Positions 40,118 to 49,544 of a stretch of DNA of 64,000 nt are shown piece after piece. The notes beneath the pieces are model-generated. The model was given only the letters and a program-made list of their open reading frames with translations, was not told the DNA's origin and made no database searches. Each line of letters starts with the position of its first letter. Within the stretch, counting starts at the first letter, position 1. The stretch is from the NCBI GenBank assembly GCA_041739995.1, contig JBGSMV010000061.1:1-64000 (forward strand), in the 5' to 3' direction. Source of the DNA: Bdellovibrionota bacterium (lineage in GTDB: Bacteria > Bdellovibrionota_C > UBA2361 > JBGSMV01). Position numbers and translations under genes: made by a program.

Positions 40118-42397
40118 ATGCGACGAGACTCGAGTCATCTACTGCTCGCCGCGCTTGCGGGGCTATTCTTTCTTTCCTCTTCATCTTTACTCAAAGCCGA
40201 ATCGACCAAAAGGCAGGTCATTGTTCCATTAAAAGTAGGGCAGGATTTTAGCACGGTGCTTTTTTGCACGGGGCGCACTCCACTTCCGCGACAGATTTGG
40301 ACAAATCTTTTTGACGATACTTCAGCAGAATCTCCAGTTGCGCTGCGTTTGAGGTCAAAGGGTGCAGCAAGAGTTCAGCTTATTGGCGAGGATAAATTTC
40401 GACTAATGGCGCATCTGAGCTCCACCTCGAGGCGCCTTGCTCGACTGAGTGGCGAGCCGCGAACAGGCTTCTTCGATGTGCGTGCGAGGCGCCAAGTGCG
40501 CTGCTCTTCCGTAGTTTTGCGTTCACAGTCGGTGAGTGCTCTTAAGGTCGACGCTCGTGTGAGCTCAGGCACGTCTTTGCGTCGCCTACGCCGCAGCATC
40601 GCCGCAAAGGGTGCAGACAGCGTGGTAATTCCTGACAGCGCGACCCTCTCCTCCGTATCAAAAGGTACTGGGCGAAGATTTCCATTAGATGTGACCCGAT
40701 GCGCGTATTCAGATCATGATGCAGATGGGACTATCGGCTTTGGCGATTTGATCTTAGGTCTCATGGCCTGGGGAGCAGATGAGCTGCTGCATGATGCGAA
40801 CCAAGACGGGCAGGTGAATGCTGCTGATATAGAGCAAATGCTGCAGTGCTGGTCGGCGCGCCGAGAGGCGGCATTGACTCCGGCGCCGCGTCCTGATGAG
40901 CCGTTGCCGACGCCACAGGTGACCCCTGAGCCGAGCCCGCCTGTGTTTTTGAGTTCGACCGTTACCCCGCCTCAGACACAGCCGGGGCTTGTCACGCCGA
41001 CTGCTACGTTAGGTGTAACGCCAACAGTTGCTGCTTCCACGCCGTTACCGCAGTTGACCAATACGCCCACACGCACCGCAACGCCTACTGCCACCCGAAC
41101 GCCCACACGCACCAGTTCAGCGACGCCCACGCGGACTCCGACAGTTGCAAGCACCCAGCCATCTGGGGGTTATTGTAGCCAGATCACTCAGTACGGCATC
41201 ACCTGGAACTTTGATCGTTCCTATCCGTGCGGCAATTTCGTGAATGGTGACTCGTGGGTAGTGGGGCCGCTTTCGGTGGTCTCCGTTAGCCCAGGTTGGG
41301 ACGGAACAACTAATGGTTCTATGCTCGACCCTAATCCAGATGCATCTCAGGGCTATGACACTCGAGCGTACAGCTATAGTTCTCAAAAGCGCGTGACATT
41401 TCCTAAAGTCATTTCAGGGGATGCGTCTCTCATTTCTACCGTTGGACTAAGCGCCTGCGCTACGGGCGGCGCGGCACATTGTTTGTCAACGGCGGCGGTG
41501 CTTACGATCTTAAATGCAGCTCCAGCCCCTAACTCATTTCGCCCACCGTACGTTGCGGGGACAAAGCGCATAAGAAACAAATCAAGTGTTCGCTATGAGC
41601 TGCTGCCAAAGTTGCAAAAACCGACTGGGGTTCCATTGCCGATTGAGACTTCCACGATGACTCGTGTTTGGCTTGATCACGGACCAAAAGTGGCAGGGGC
41701 AACCATTCATCCGTCAGCCAATATGCCTCCTTATCCGAGAGATAGCTCGATGCAAGTGTCACGCATGGCGCTTCTGGTGCTCATTGATCAGCCGCAGCAG
41801 CGTGAATATGCGGATCGAATGATTCAGCTCGGTATCGACCTGTATCCGATTGCGCTCGCCAATGGCGATGCATTCCGCGCCTACGGCGGATTTGGATCGG
41901 GGAGAAAATGGCCAATTCTATTCGCGGGAATCTTGCTCAATGACCAAGACATGCTGTCACCGCCCGAGTTTATTGCTCAGAATTCGTCAATTAATAAATT
42001 CGGTGAAGATGGACATACCTATTATGGGCAGCCTACTGCGAGCTATCCGGGCGGAAAGCCGCTTTGGGGCCAGGATTGCGGAAGCTTAGAGTCGCCCTAC
42101 TTCACAAATCATGACTGCCGAGATCCGAATGGACAGGTGGATTCAGAATATATGGTTAACGGAGGATCCTATCGAACGTGTTGCACTTCTCGAACCTGGT
42201 TAGGGTCAGCGCTGGCGGCTCGTATTATGGGAGCGGTTAATCAGTGGGATCACCCCGCATTCTTTGACTATGTGGATCGCTGGGTAGCTGAGCCAGAGAC
42301 CTGGTCGAATAGTACCACCAACTTTTACCGCGACATTTATGGTTACGGCGGTGATGGCGGAGGGTTCATGACCGCGATGTGGGCGACCTATCGCTAA
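40118..42397 (+). CDS. Secreted multidomain protein: dockerin-like EF-hand pair, P/T-rich linker, unknown C-terminal domain
   Basis: Signal peptide; DHDADGTIGFGDL and DANQDGQVNAADI; TPTRT repeats; aromatic-rich C-terminal domain of about 410 aa. Confidence 0.75.
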   Translation: MRRDSSHLLLAALAGLFFLSSSSLLKAESTKRQVIVPLKVGQDFSTVLFCTGRTPLPRQIWTNLFDDTSAESPVALRLRSKGAARVQLIGEDKFRLMAHLSSTSRRLARLSGEPRTGFFDVRARRQVRCSSVVLRSQSVSALKVDARVSSGTSLRRLRRSIAAKGADSVVIPDSATLSSVSKGTGRRFPLDVTRCAYSDHDADGTIGFGDLILGLMAWGADELLHDANQDGQVNAADIEQMLQCWSARREAALTPAPRPDEPLPTPQVTPEPSPPVFLSSTVTPPQTQPGLVTPTATLGVTPTVAASTPLPQLTNTPTRTATPTATRTPTRTSSATPTRTPTVASTQPSGGYCSQITQYGITWNFDRSYPCGNFVNGDSWVVGPLSVVSVSPGWDGTTNGSMLDPNPDASQGYDTRAYSYSSQKRVTFPKVISGDASLISTVGLSACATGGAAHCLSTAAVLTILNAAPAPNSFRPPYVAGTKRIRNKSSVRYELLPKLQKPTGVPLPIETSTMTRVWLDHGPKVAGATIHPSANMPPYPRDSSMQVSRMALLVLIDQPQQREYADRMIQLGIDLYPIALANGDAFRAYGGFGSGRKWPILFAGILLNDQDMLSPPEFIAQNSSINKFGEDGHTYYGQPTASYPGGKPLWGQDCGSLESPYFTNHDCRDPNGQVDSEYMVNGGSYRTCCTSRTWLGSALAARIMGAVNQWDHPAFFDYVDRWVAEPETWSNSTTNFYRDIYGYGGDGGGFMTAMWATYR

Positions 42398-42407
42398 GGG
42401 GGGGAAC

Positions 42408-43493
42408 TCAGCCCCCAATCAGGCTTGCTCTTAGCTGGCCGTGCTTCTTAAGAGTCTCTTCAGAGAGAAGATGTGGAGTATGCAACGGTGCAAAGGTGTT
42501 GAGAAACGTACGTATGCGCGAACTGCTTTGAGCGAATAGATCCGCATCAATTTGCCCACTATCGAGCAGTTGTTCCACCAGTCGGGCGACGCGGAATGCG
42601 CGCGCGGGATCGTGGTTAAACAGCAAAATATCACATCCAGCCATTGGCGCGCGCAGGGCAACTTCCTCGTCTGAATAATTCTGGGAAATGGCCTTCATGT
42701 CTAAGTCATCGCTGATGATTACGCCATCGAATCCCAATGACTCTCTGGCGAGGTCATAAAGCACGAGAGGAGAGAGGGTGGCGGGGAAATCAGGATCGAG
42801 GTGCGGGAAGAGAATGTGGGCGGACAGCAAAGCAGGAATTCCTGAGTTTATAATGGCATGGAAAGGAAGGAGCTCTCTTGCTTTAAGAGATTCCACTGAG
42901 CTCAAAAGAGTGGGGAGTTCTTCATGGGAATCTTGAGAAGTATCTCCATGTCCCGGAAAATGTTTAGCGACTGGAGCAATCGCTTCAGCAAGTAGGCCGC
43001 TTGAGAATTCGCAGGCGGCCTTGGCCACCTCTGCAGGGTCGCTAGAAAAAGCGCGTGCGCCAATAACGGGGTTTTTCGGATTCGAGTCAATGTCGACCAC
43101 CGGGGAAAACGACATGTTAATTCCAATGCTGCGCAGCTCAACTCCCATCGCAGTGGCGACCTCATGTGCGCGGTGGCGATACTCTCGAGCAAAGGGGAAG
43201 TGGGTAATGGGCTTAGGAGTGCGATAAACTCGGCCACCTTCGTGATCTAGGGCGAAGACCATTGACGAGCGTGGAATGAGCGCGAGCACAGATTCCCGAA
43301 GTGCTGATAGCTCGTCTAGCCAACCCTGATAGGGCAGATGTGAGGCGAAGTTATGTGCTCTGAGGATTACACCCAGCGGCTTCATTGCGCTGAGCCACGA
43401 CGACTCCTCTTCAGTAAGCCGCGTGCCAGAGAGCCCAACGATGAAGTGGCGCCCAATCTCCTCGGACACAGAATCGGATGCGGACTTGCTCAC
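42408..43493 (-). CDS. nagZ: Beta-N-acetylhexosaminidase (GH3)
   Basis: DHEGGRV, NPVIGARAF, KHFPGHGDTSQDSH, ISDDLDMKA. Confidence 0.92.
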   Translation of the reverse strand: MSKSASDSVSEEIGRHFIVGLSGTRLTEEESSWLSAMKPLGVILRAHNFASHLPYQGWLDELSALRESVLALIPRSSMVFALDHEGGRVYRTPKPITHFPFAREYRHRAHEVATAMGVELRSIGINMSFSPVVDIDSNPKNPVIGARAFSSDPAEVAKAACEFSSGLLAEAIAPVAKHFPGHGDTSQDSHEELPTLLSSVESLKARELLPFHAIINSGIPALLSAHILFPHLDPDFPATLSPLVLYDLARESLGFDGVIISDDLDMKAISQNYSDEEVALRAPMAGCDILLFNHDPARAFRVARLVEQLLDSGQIDADLFAQSSSRIRTFLNTFAPLHTPHLLSEETLKKHGQLRASLIGG

Positions 43494-43822
43494 CGGTAAA
43501 AATCCTCAAAATGGCGCGATCTGCGGTTAGGTTCGCCTGCGGCAAGGGGTTTGTCGAGGCTAATCGGTCGAAGTTTGTTCGAGCGTGTAAGGTCTAGATT
43601 CCTCAAGAAAACCAAGGGAGTTGGCCTGAAAACCGGCCTCTGTGCACTCTGTGGCAGGTTGTAGTACCCTTTTCTTAGCGCCTGAGGGGTTTACACCCCA
43701 GGGCAGCTGGTGCTGCGAGAGCAGCGAGCGTTAGTTCGAGTTTTTAGTGGGTGTGTAGAGTTAATCAGCAACTTTAGCCCCAAGACATTGAGCATTTACT
43801 GCAATTACAGGAATGACTCGTT

Positions 43823-44806
43823 ATGAAATCAAAGACCACAAGACCGGCTTGCCCGGCGCCTCAAGAATCAATCCGAAGAGGTCCCCAGTCTGCGGCTCCG
43901 GCCCCGACTCAGGTTTCCCGTGTAACTGTACCGTCTTTGGTGGCACGCAAGGTTGCGACGGGTGCTACTCCAATCTCAGCGCTGACCGCGTACGACGCGA
44001 CGTTCGCCCGGCTCTTCGACCGAGCAGGAGTCGACGTGTTGTTAGTGGGGGACTCCGTCGCCAGTGTTGTTCAGGGGCTTGAGACCACGATACCGGTGAC
44101 ACTTGACGAGATGATTTATCACTGTCGATGTGTCGCGCGCGTGGTGAGGCATGCCCTGGTGGTGGGTGACATGCCATTTTTGTCCTACCAGGTATCAGTC
44201 GAAGAAGCGGTGCTCTCAGCGGGGCGGCTCCTGAAGGAAGGTGGTGTCGCCGCGGTAAAATTAGAAGGTGGTCTTGCAGTCGCGCGCACCATTGAAAGAT
44301 TGGTGGGCTTTGACATTCCGGTGATGGGGCATGTGGGCCTTACGCCGCAGTCTTATCATCGCATGGGCGGGCACCGCGTTCAGGGACGCGTGCGCGGAAG
44401 TGCGCGGGATGCGGGTAGTGCCGAGCGAATTATTCTTGATGCCAAAGCCGTCGCGGCCGCTGGCGCTTTCGCGCTGGTAATCGAGGGTGTGCCGAGCGAA
44501 GTAGCAGCGGAGATAACTGCTTCTGTTTCTATTCCAACCATCGGCATTGGTGCAGGAGTGGAGTGCGATGGGCAGATACTTGTTGGGGCCGATGCGCTTG
44601 GGCTTAATCCTGAGTTTAGTCCACGCTTTGTGAGGAGGTTTGCAGAGTTGGGAAAAGCTACGATTGAGGCGACCGCAGATTTTTGTAGAACTGTTCAAGC
44701 AAGGGCGTTTCCAGGCAAGGAGCATTCAATAGCTACGAGTAAAGCGGCGGATGCATCGCCTGCAAAACGAACTATAAAAAAGCAAAAGTCGCCGCAGGAG
44801 GTTTAG
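43823..44806 (+). CDS. panB: 3-methyl-2-oxobutanoate hydroxymethyltransferase
   Basis: LTAYD, LLVGDS, GDMPFLSY, VKLEGG, GHVGLTPQ, TIGIGAG..CDGQILV. Confidence 0.96.
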   Translation: MKSKTTRPACPAPQESIRRGPQSAAPAPTQVSRVTVPSLVARKVATGATPISALTAYDATFARLFDRAGVDVLLVGDSVASVVQGLETTIPVTLDEMIYHCRCVARVVRHALVVGDMPFLSYQVSVEEAVLSAGRLLKEGGVAAVKLEGGLAVARTIERLVGFDIPVMGHVGLTPQSYHRMGGHRVQGRVRGSARDAGSAERIILDAKAVAAAGAFALVIEGVPSEVAAEITASVSIPTIGIGAGVECDGQILVGADALGLNPEFSPRFVRRFAELGKATIEATADFCRTVQARAFPGKEHSIATSKAADASPAKRTIKKQKSPQEV

Positions 44807-44807
44807 G

Positions 44808-45218
44808 ATGATGGAAGGCTATCGACGGTTACTCAGAGGAAAAATTCATCGTGCTACAGTCACGCACGCCGATCTTCACTACGAGGGCAGCATTTCTTTG
44901 TCGCCGGAACTTTTAGAGGCGGCCGGGTTTGTTGAGTACGAAGCAGTAGCAATTTGGAATGTAACTAATGGTCAACGCTTCGAGACCTACACTATCTGCG
45001 GGGAGTCCGGTTCTCGAGATATTTCAATTAATGGCGCAGCCGCTCGTCTTGTCGCACCTGGTGATTTGATAATAATCGCGTGCTTCGAGCTCGTGCCCGA
45101 GGCAAAGGCCGCGACCCATCAACCGCGCCTGGTCTTTGTGGACGCGAAAAATCGAATGCTTCCGTCTCGCCCCGAGGTGCCGGGGCCCAAGCGGGCACCG
45201 CATTTAGTCTCGGTGTAG
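44808..45218 (+). CDS. panD: Aspartate 1-decarboxylase
   Basis: KIHRATVT, YEGS cleavage site, NGQRFETY, INGAAAR. Confidence 0.96.
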   Translation: MMEGYRRLLRGKIHRATVTHADLHYEGSISLSPELLEAAGFVEYEAVAIWNVTNGQRFETYTICGESGSRDISINGAAARLVAPGDLIIIACFELVPEAKAATHQPRLVFVDAKNRMLPSRPEVPGPKRAPHLVSV

Positions 45219-45371
45219 TAGGGGCTCTGTAGAGTCGGTACTGAGCTTCTTGCCCGATGCCTTGAAAAGTGGGCACTCGACGGCTAACCTGACCCGCTGC
45301 TTTGTAAAAGTTGCAGATTAAAAGTTTCAGAAATTAATCGCCGCGATAAGGATCGGGCGAACTAGGCAGAT

Positions 45372-45836
45372 ATGGCTAAGGCGGAGGGTGCACATAAGGT
45401 CATTTGCGATAATCGCAAAGCACGCTTCAATTACGAGATCATTGAAGTGTTCGAAGCGGGACTCGTGCTGACTGGTCCGGAGATCAAGTCTGCGCGTGCA
45501 GGTCACGTTAAGCTGGACGCAAGTTTTGTTCGAGCTGATGGTGATGAGTTGTTTCTTGTGCAAGCTCGAATTGAGCCCTACCAATTTGATTCCCAGCAAG
45601 TGCTAGATCCGAGCCGCAAGCGAAAGCTGCTTTTGAATCGGCGTGAGCTCGATAAGCTACGTAGCTCGATTGAGAAGAAGGGCCTGACGATTGTTCCGCT
45701 CCGAATGTACCTCAAGCGCGGCTTCGCCAAGATAGAGGTGGCTCTTGCACGTGGAAAGAACGTTGCCGACAAGCGTGACACCGTCAAGAAGCGTGAGGCC
45801 GACCGAGAGGCACAGCGCGCCATGAAGCGCGGGTAA
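45372..45836 (+). CDS. smpB: SsrA-binding protein
   Basis: NRKARFNY, EAGLVLTG.EIKS, RKRKLLL, GK...DKR. Confidence 0.97.
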   Translation: MAKAEGAHKVICDNRKARFNYEIIEVFEAGLVLTGPEIKSARAGHVKLDASFVRADGDELFLVQARIEPYQFDSQQVLDPSRKRKLLLNRRELDKLRSSIEKKGLTIVPLRMYLKRGFAKIEVALARGKNVADKRDTVKKREADREAQRAMKRG

Positions 45837-45931
45837 GTATCCTAAGTCCCCAGGCCCTCAAATATCATCTTAGATCAGGTGGAAAAATGGCATTGGAAGC
45901 CTTATATAGGTGGAGAGATTGTAATTTTTAT

Positions 45932-46323
45932 GGGGGTGTCAAGGTATCGACGGGATTCAACGATGCGATAGTAAGCGTGCCCAGGGACCGCTGGCCTGGT
46001 AAAAAAGCGGAATCTAAGAAGTGCTAACACAGACTTCACTCGTAACGAACGTATGGCTCTAGCAGCCTAACGGACGCTACGAAAAAATAGATTCATAGCC
46101 ACAAGCTACGAATCGGTCGCGAGGCGCCATGCTCGTAACGTCACGCGACTCATTCTCGAGCTGGTTCCTCATCGCGTCGAATGGTGGGGAATGAGAAAAC
46201 TTTCGACTGGCTGTTTCGTATCCTGTGGGTTGGAGACGGAGCAGTAAGATAAATCACTCACTACGCATGTAGAAAGCTATCGTTGACGCTTCTCGGACGC
46301 GGGTTCGACTCCCGCCACCTCCA
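45932..46323 (+). ncRNA. ssrA: tmRNA; tag reading frame 46023-46070 encodes ANTDFTRNERMALAA
   Basis: 5' GGGGGTG...TCGACGGG; 3' GGACGCGGGTTCGACTCCCGCCACCTCCA; acceptor stem pairs with a G-U; tag ends in LAA; directly downstream of smpB; CCA not encoded. Confidence 0.95.
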
Positions 46324-46492
46324 TTCGACTCGGCCATAAAGGCCTCGCTCATGGCAAGCCATCCCTTCCGAGTCGAATGGAGCCCTGAGCGACCGAGAGG
46401 GAGTCGAAGGGCTCTCTCCGACCAAAGTTCGAATTGGTTCGACTCGCGCCACAGGCGCGCGCTCATTTATGGTGAGCTTGTCGAAGGGCTTC
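46319..46492. repeat. Palindromic REP-like cassette at the tmRNA 3' end
   Basis: 15-bp perfect inverted repeat 46319-46333/46368-46382; units TTCGACTCG-hairpin-CGCTCA and TGAGC...GTCGAAGGGCT each occur twice. Confidence 0.75.
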
Positions 46493-46505
46493 TCTTGGCT
46501 AGGTT

Positions 46506-46763
46506 CTACAGGTTAGTCCAATCGCCTGCAATCAAGGCGTCCTTCTTTGATCTACTCCACCCTTTGATCTGTCGTTCCCGTTTAAAAGCGTTGGCTTTAT
46601 TTTCAAACGTTTCTCTATAAACAATCTTCCAAGGCATGAATTTGCGAGTATGCCCACACCTACCTGAGTTGTGGTACTCCAGTCGCAGAATTAGGTCAGC
46701 GGTCGCGCCGATGTACAATTGCCCTGGATTGCTGAAACTTCTCAAAATATACACGTGATTCAC
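46506..46763 (-). CDS. Small GIY-YIG nuclease (UPF0213-like)
   Basis: HVYILRS, LYIGAT, RLEYHNSG, AFKRERQIKGWSRSKK. Confidence 0.9.
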   Translation of the reverse strand: MNHVYILRSFSNPGQLYIGATADLILRLEYHNSGRCGHTRKFMPWKIVYRETFENKANAFKRERQIKGWSRSKKDALIAGDWTNL

Positions 46764-46913
46764 GCGTATATATTCGGAGAATCGAACAAGAAGTTTCCTA
46801 TAACCAGTTTAGCTTTATATCCCGAGTTGAGTAGTACCAGAGGATGAGGTTTCTCCACGGTTTCTTTCGGTCCTTCCGTCCCTATTCGAAAGCCAGGAAG
46901 AATGGTCTCCGCA

Positions 46914-47378
46914 CTATGCCTTTGAGCGAACCGGCGTCATCCTCACATACAACAACTTCTCCACCTCAGCGATAACTCCGCCATTTTCGTCCACGACCTG
47001 AGTCATGAGAGTGGTTTCGAACTTCCCGAGTTCCAACGCCTTGGAGCGAATGTCCTTCACTGTGCTCGAGGATATTGAGAACTTTGCAGAGACGGCACCT
47101 TTTCCAGGACGCTTAAAGCGAATAGTGGCAGCTTTGTCCCACACGATAAAATCAGGGCCAAGCTGCTTAATCAGGATGAGCATGAACCAGGGGTCACACA
47201 TCGAGTAGAGTGAGCCACCGTAATGCACGCCAACATAGTTGCGGTTCCACCAACGCATCTTCATCTGCACCTCTAGTGCTGACCAGTCCGTCTCGCGATG
47301 GACCATGCGAATGCCGGCCCCTAGGAACGGAGGATACCAATTGATGAATCGATCGAATATTCGCTGTCTGGAGAACAT
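46914..47378 (-). CDS. Hotdog-fold thioesterase-like protein (DUF4442/YiiD-C)
   Basis: NWYPPFLGAGI, NRNYVGVHYGGSLYSMCDP, VWDKAA. Confidence 0.85.
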   Translation of the reverse strand: MFSRQRIFDRFINWYPPFLGAGIRMVHRETDWSALEVQMKMRWWNRNYVGVHYGGSLYSMCDPWFMLILIKQLGPDFIVWDKAATIRFKRPGKGAVSAKFSISSSTVKDIRSKALELGKFETTLMTQVVDENGGVIAEVEKLLYVRMTPVRSKA

Positions 47379-47435
47379 AGAAACTACCTTTTCGATGCAA
47401 TCACTGCATCAAGTGCGCTGATGGTGTAGGGTTAC

Positions 47436-48587
47436 ATGATGCAAATCACGACACCACGGGGAACAATCTTGTCGATGACCATGGTTTTCGGGTCATGGGC
47501 GAAATTTCAGCTAAGACTTGTAGCCCTTGCTGCTTGCCTGATTCTGCTTCAGCTCAACCGAGTGTGCGCTGAAAACCCGCGCGAATTGCCCACCGTTCGA
47601 ATCGGAGCGATTTCAAACCTAACGGGTGAAGGGTCGTCATGGGGTATTAATCATCAGCGCGGGACTATCCTGGCGATGGAACAGCGCAATTCGGCTGGAG
47701 GCATTAGAGGCCAAAAGGTCGAAATCTTGTTCGAGGATTCCCCGGGTGGAGTCGCGCGTAATGCGGTTTCTGCTTATCGCAAGCTGGTTGACCTAGAAAA
47801 GGTGCGGGTGATTCTTGGGCCCTTAATGGGGGATGAATTGCTGGCTGTTTCTCCGCTTTCCCTGAGAGATAAGGTTTTTATGGTGGGGGCGACCTATATG
47901 CCAAGGCTCCCTGATAACTTTTTCTCAACCTGGATTGATGTTGATCAGGAAAGCGATCTGCTGGCTGAGCGGCTGCGCGCTTCCTACGGAAGAATTGCGA
48001 TTTTAGGTTCACAGCAGAGTTGGGAAAGCGCGGTGGCGCACCGAGTGAGAGCGACATTTACGAAACTTGGAGGTGAAGTTGTTGGATTCGAGGAGCCGTC
48101 TTCCGATGCGAGCGATGTCGCAGCCGAGGTGCTCAGGATTAGTCGGGGGTCTCCGGAGGCGATAGTAATTTCTAGCTACTTCCTTCTCCCGCACTATGCG
48201 CGGGAAATTCACCGATTGGGACTTGCGGCTCAGTTGTTTGGGATTGAACTCGACCAGTCAGTCATCGATAGCTGTGAGGGTAGGGTTGAAGGACTACGAT
48301 TTATCGGACCGACACCGCCAACGAAGGCATTCGTGGACGCGTTTCAAGTGAGATGGGGTTCGCCTCCTGATTTGCCGGCTGCGCATTCCTATGATGCCGC
48401 GCGCGTATTGTTTGCAGCGCTCGAACAAACCGATCAAAGCTTTGAGCAGCTAAAAGGCTATTTCTCCCGACTGCTTAAGTACGAAGGAGTGACGGGTACG
48501 ATCTCGAGTGCCACAAACAGCACTCCGCTTCGCACCTCATGGTACTCCGTCGTCGCCGGACGAGTTCAGCAAGAGCAAAGACCCTAG
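47436..48587 (+). CDS. Branched-chain amino-acid ABC-type substrate-binding protein, orphan
   Basis: RIGAISNLTG, GGIRG, EDS, ILGP, YDA, GVTG. Confidence 0.8.
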   Translation: MMQITTPRGTILSMTMVFGSWAKFQLRLVALAACLILLQLNRVCAENPRELPTVRIGAISNLTGEGSSWGINHQRGTILAMEQRNSAGGIRGQKVEILFEDSPGGVARNAVSAYRKLVDLEKVRVILGPLMGDELLAVSPLSLRDKVFMVGATYMPRLPDNFFSTWIDVDQESDLLAERLRASYGRIAILGSQQSWESAVAHRVRATFTKLGGEVVGFEEPSSDASDVAAEVLRISRGSPEAIVISSYFLLPHYAREIHRLGLAAQLFGIELDQSVIDSCEGRVEGLRFIGPTPPTKAFVDAFQVRWGSPPDLPAAHSYDAARVLFAALEQTDQSFEQLKGYFSRLLKYEGVTGTISSATNSTPLRTSWYSVVAGRVQQEQRP

Positions 48588-48609
48588 GGAACTTGCTCAG
48601 GGGCTCGTT

Positions 48610-49020
48610 TTAGCGGCTCACGCAGCCGAGTCCTCCAGGGAGCCGAATATCGCGACAGCCTCGTTTTTTTTCAGCCGAGGAGCAACGCTGCTCGCTCGGG
48701 CGAAAGCCAGAGGGGCAGTACTCTCTTGGGGGAGGTGGCGGAGTGGGGCGACTTTGAGCTTCTTCTAAACGTCTGCGCTCCTCTTCCAGGCGACGCCTTT
48801 CGTCTTCAGCTCGGTCGCGCTCGCGTTCAAGTTCTCTACGCTCATCGCGGAGTCGTCGCCGCTCTTGTTCGTTGTAATAGTCATCTTGTCCGTAGGGTTG
48901 CCCATACCCTTGTCCATACCCTGGAGAGTTTCCGTTTCCATCGTAGGGGAAGGTGGCGCAACTGGTAAGTGCCAAAAGAGAAAGCGTGAATATCACGGTG
49001 CTGAATACAGAAATCTTCAT
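48610..49020 (-). CDS. Lipoprotein with YGQ repeats, an R/E coiled coil and a 4-Cys C-terminal domain
   Basis: Lipobox LTS-C; GGAG RBS. Confidence 0.7.
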   Translation of the reverse strand: MKISVFSTVIFTLSLLALTSCATFPYDGNGNSPGYGQGYGQPYGQDDYYNEQERRRLRDERRELERERDRAEDERRRLEEERRRLEEAQSRPTPPPPPREYCPSGFRPSEQRCSSAEKKRGCRDIRLPGGLGCVSR

Positions 49021-49045
49021 ACAGAGTCTCCTAGAACTGCAGTTC

Positions 49046-49480
49046 TTATGATTTGTGTTTAAGTAGGTCTCTAATCTCGGTAAGGAGGAGTTCTTCGCTG
49101 CTTGGTGCTGGCGGTGTCGAGGGTGTTGGAGCAGGCTTTGCCCGAAGCGAGTTAATAAATTTCACTAGCATAAACACGCAAAAGGCTAGGATGACGAAGT
49201 TAATCATTATAGTGACGAAGTTTCCAAAGGCGAGCACAGGACCGAGCTTTCTTGCTTCTGTAAGTACTGGAGGTACGGCGCTTTCGGTGCTGCCTAAGAA
49301 AAAGAAATAGTTAGAGAAGTCCACGCCACTACGCATAATGCCAGCGATAAGCGGCATGATGAGGTCATCAATCATCGAGCTTACAATTTTTCCGAAGGCG
49401 GCGCCGATAATGACACCGACAGCCATGTCGATGGCGTTGCCCTTGACAGCAAATTCACGAAATTCGTTTATGATCTTCAT
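49046..49480 (-). CDS. mscL: Large-conductance mechanosensitive channel
   Basis: EFREFAVKGNAIDMAVGVIIGAAFGKIV, LLTEIRDLL. Confidence 0.96.
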   Translation of the reverse strand: MKIINEFREFAVKGNAIDMAVGVIIGAAFGKIVSSMIDDLIMPLIAGIMRSGVDFSNYFFFLGSTESAVPPVLTEARKLGPVLAFGNFVTIMINFVILAFCVFMLVKFINSLRAKPAPTPSTPPAPSSEELLLTEIRDLLKHKS

Positions 49481-49544
49481 TTTCAATATCCTCGGACTCC
49501 GGTGCGAACAGGGCCAAGACTAATCTGGCGCGTGGCAGGATGTA

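Noticed and set aside
41050..41150. DNA repeat array in the secreted protein gene
   Set aside because: Explained by the Pro/Thr linker coding sequence with synonymous variation
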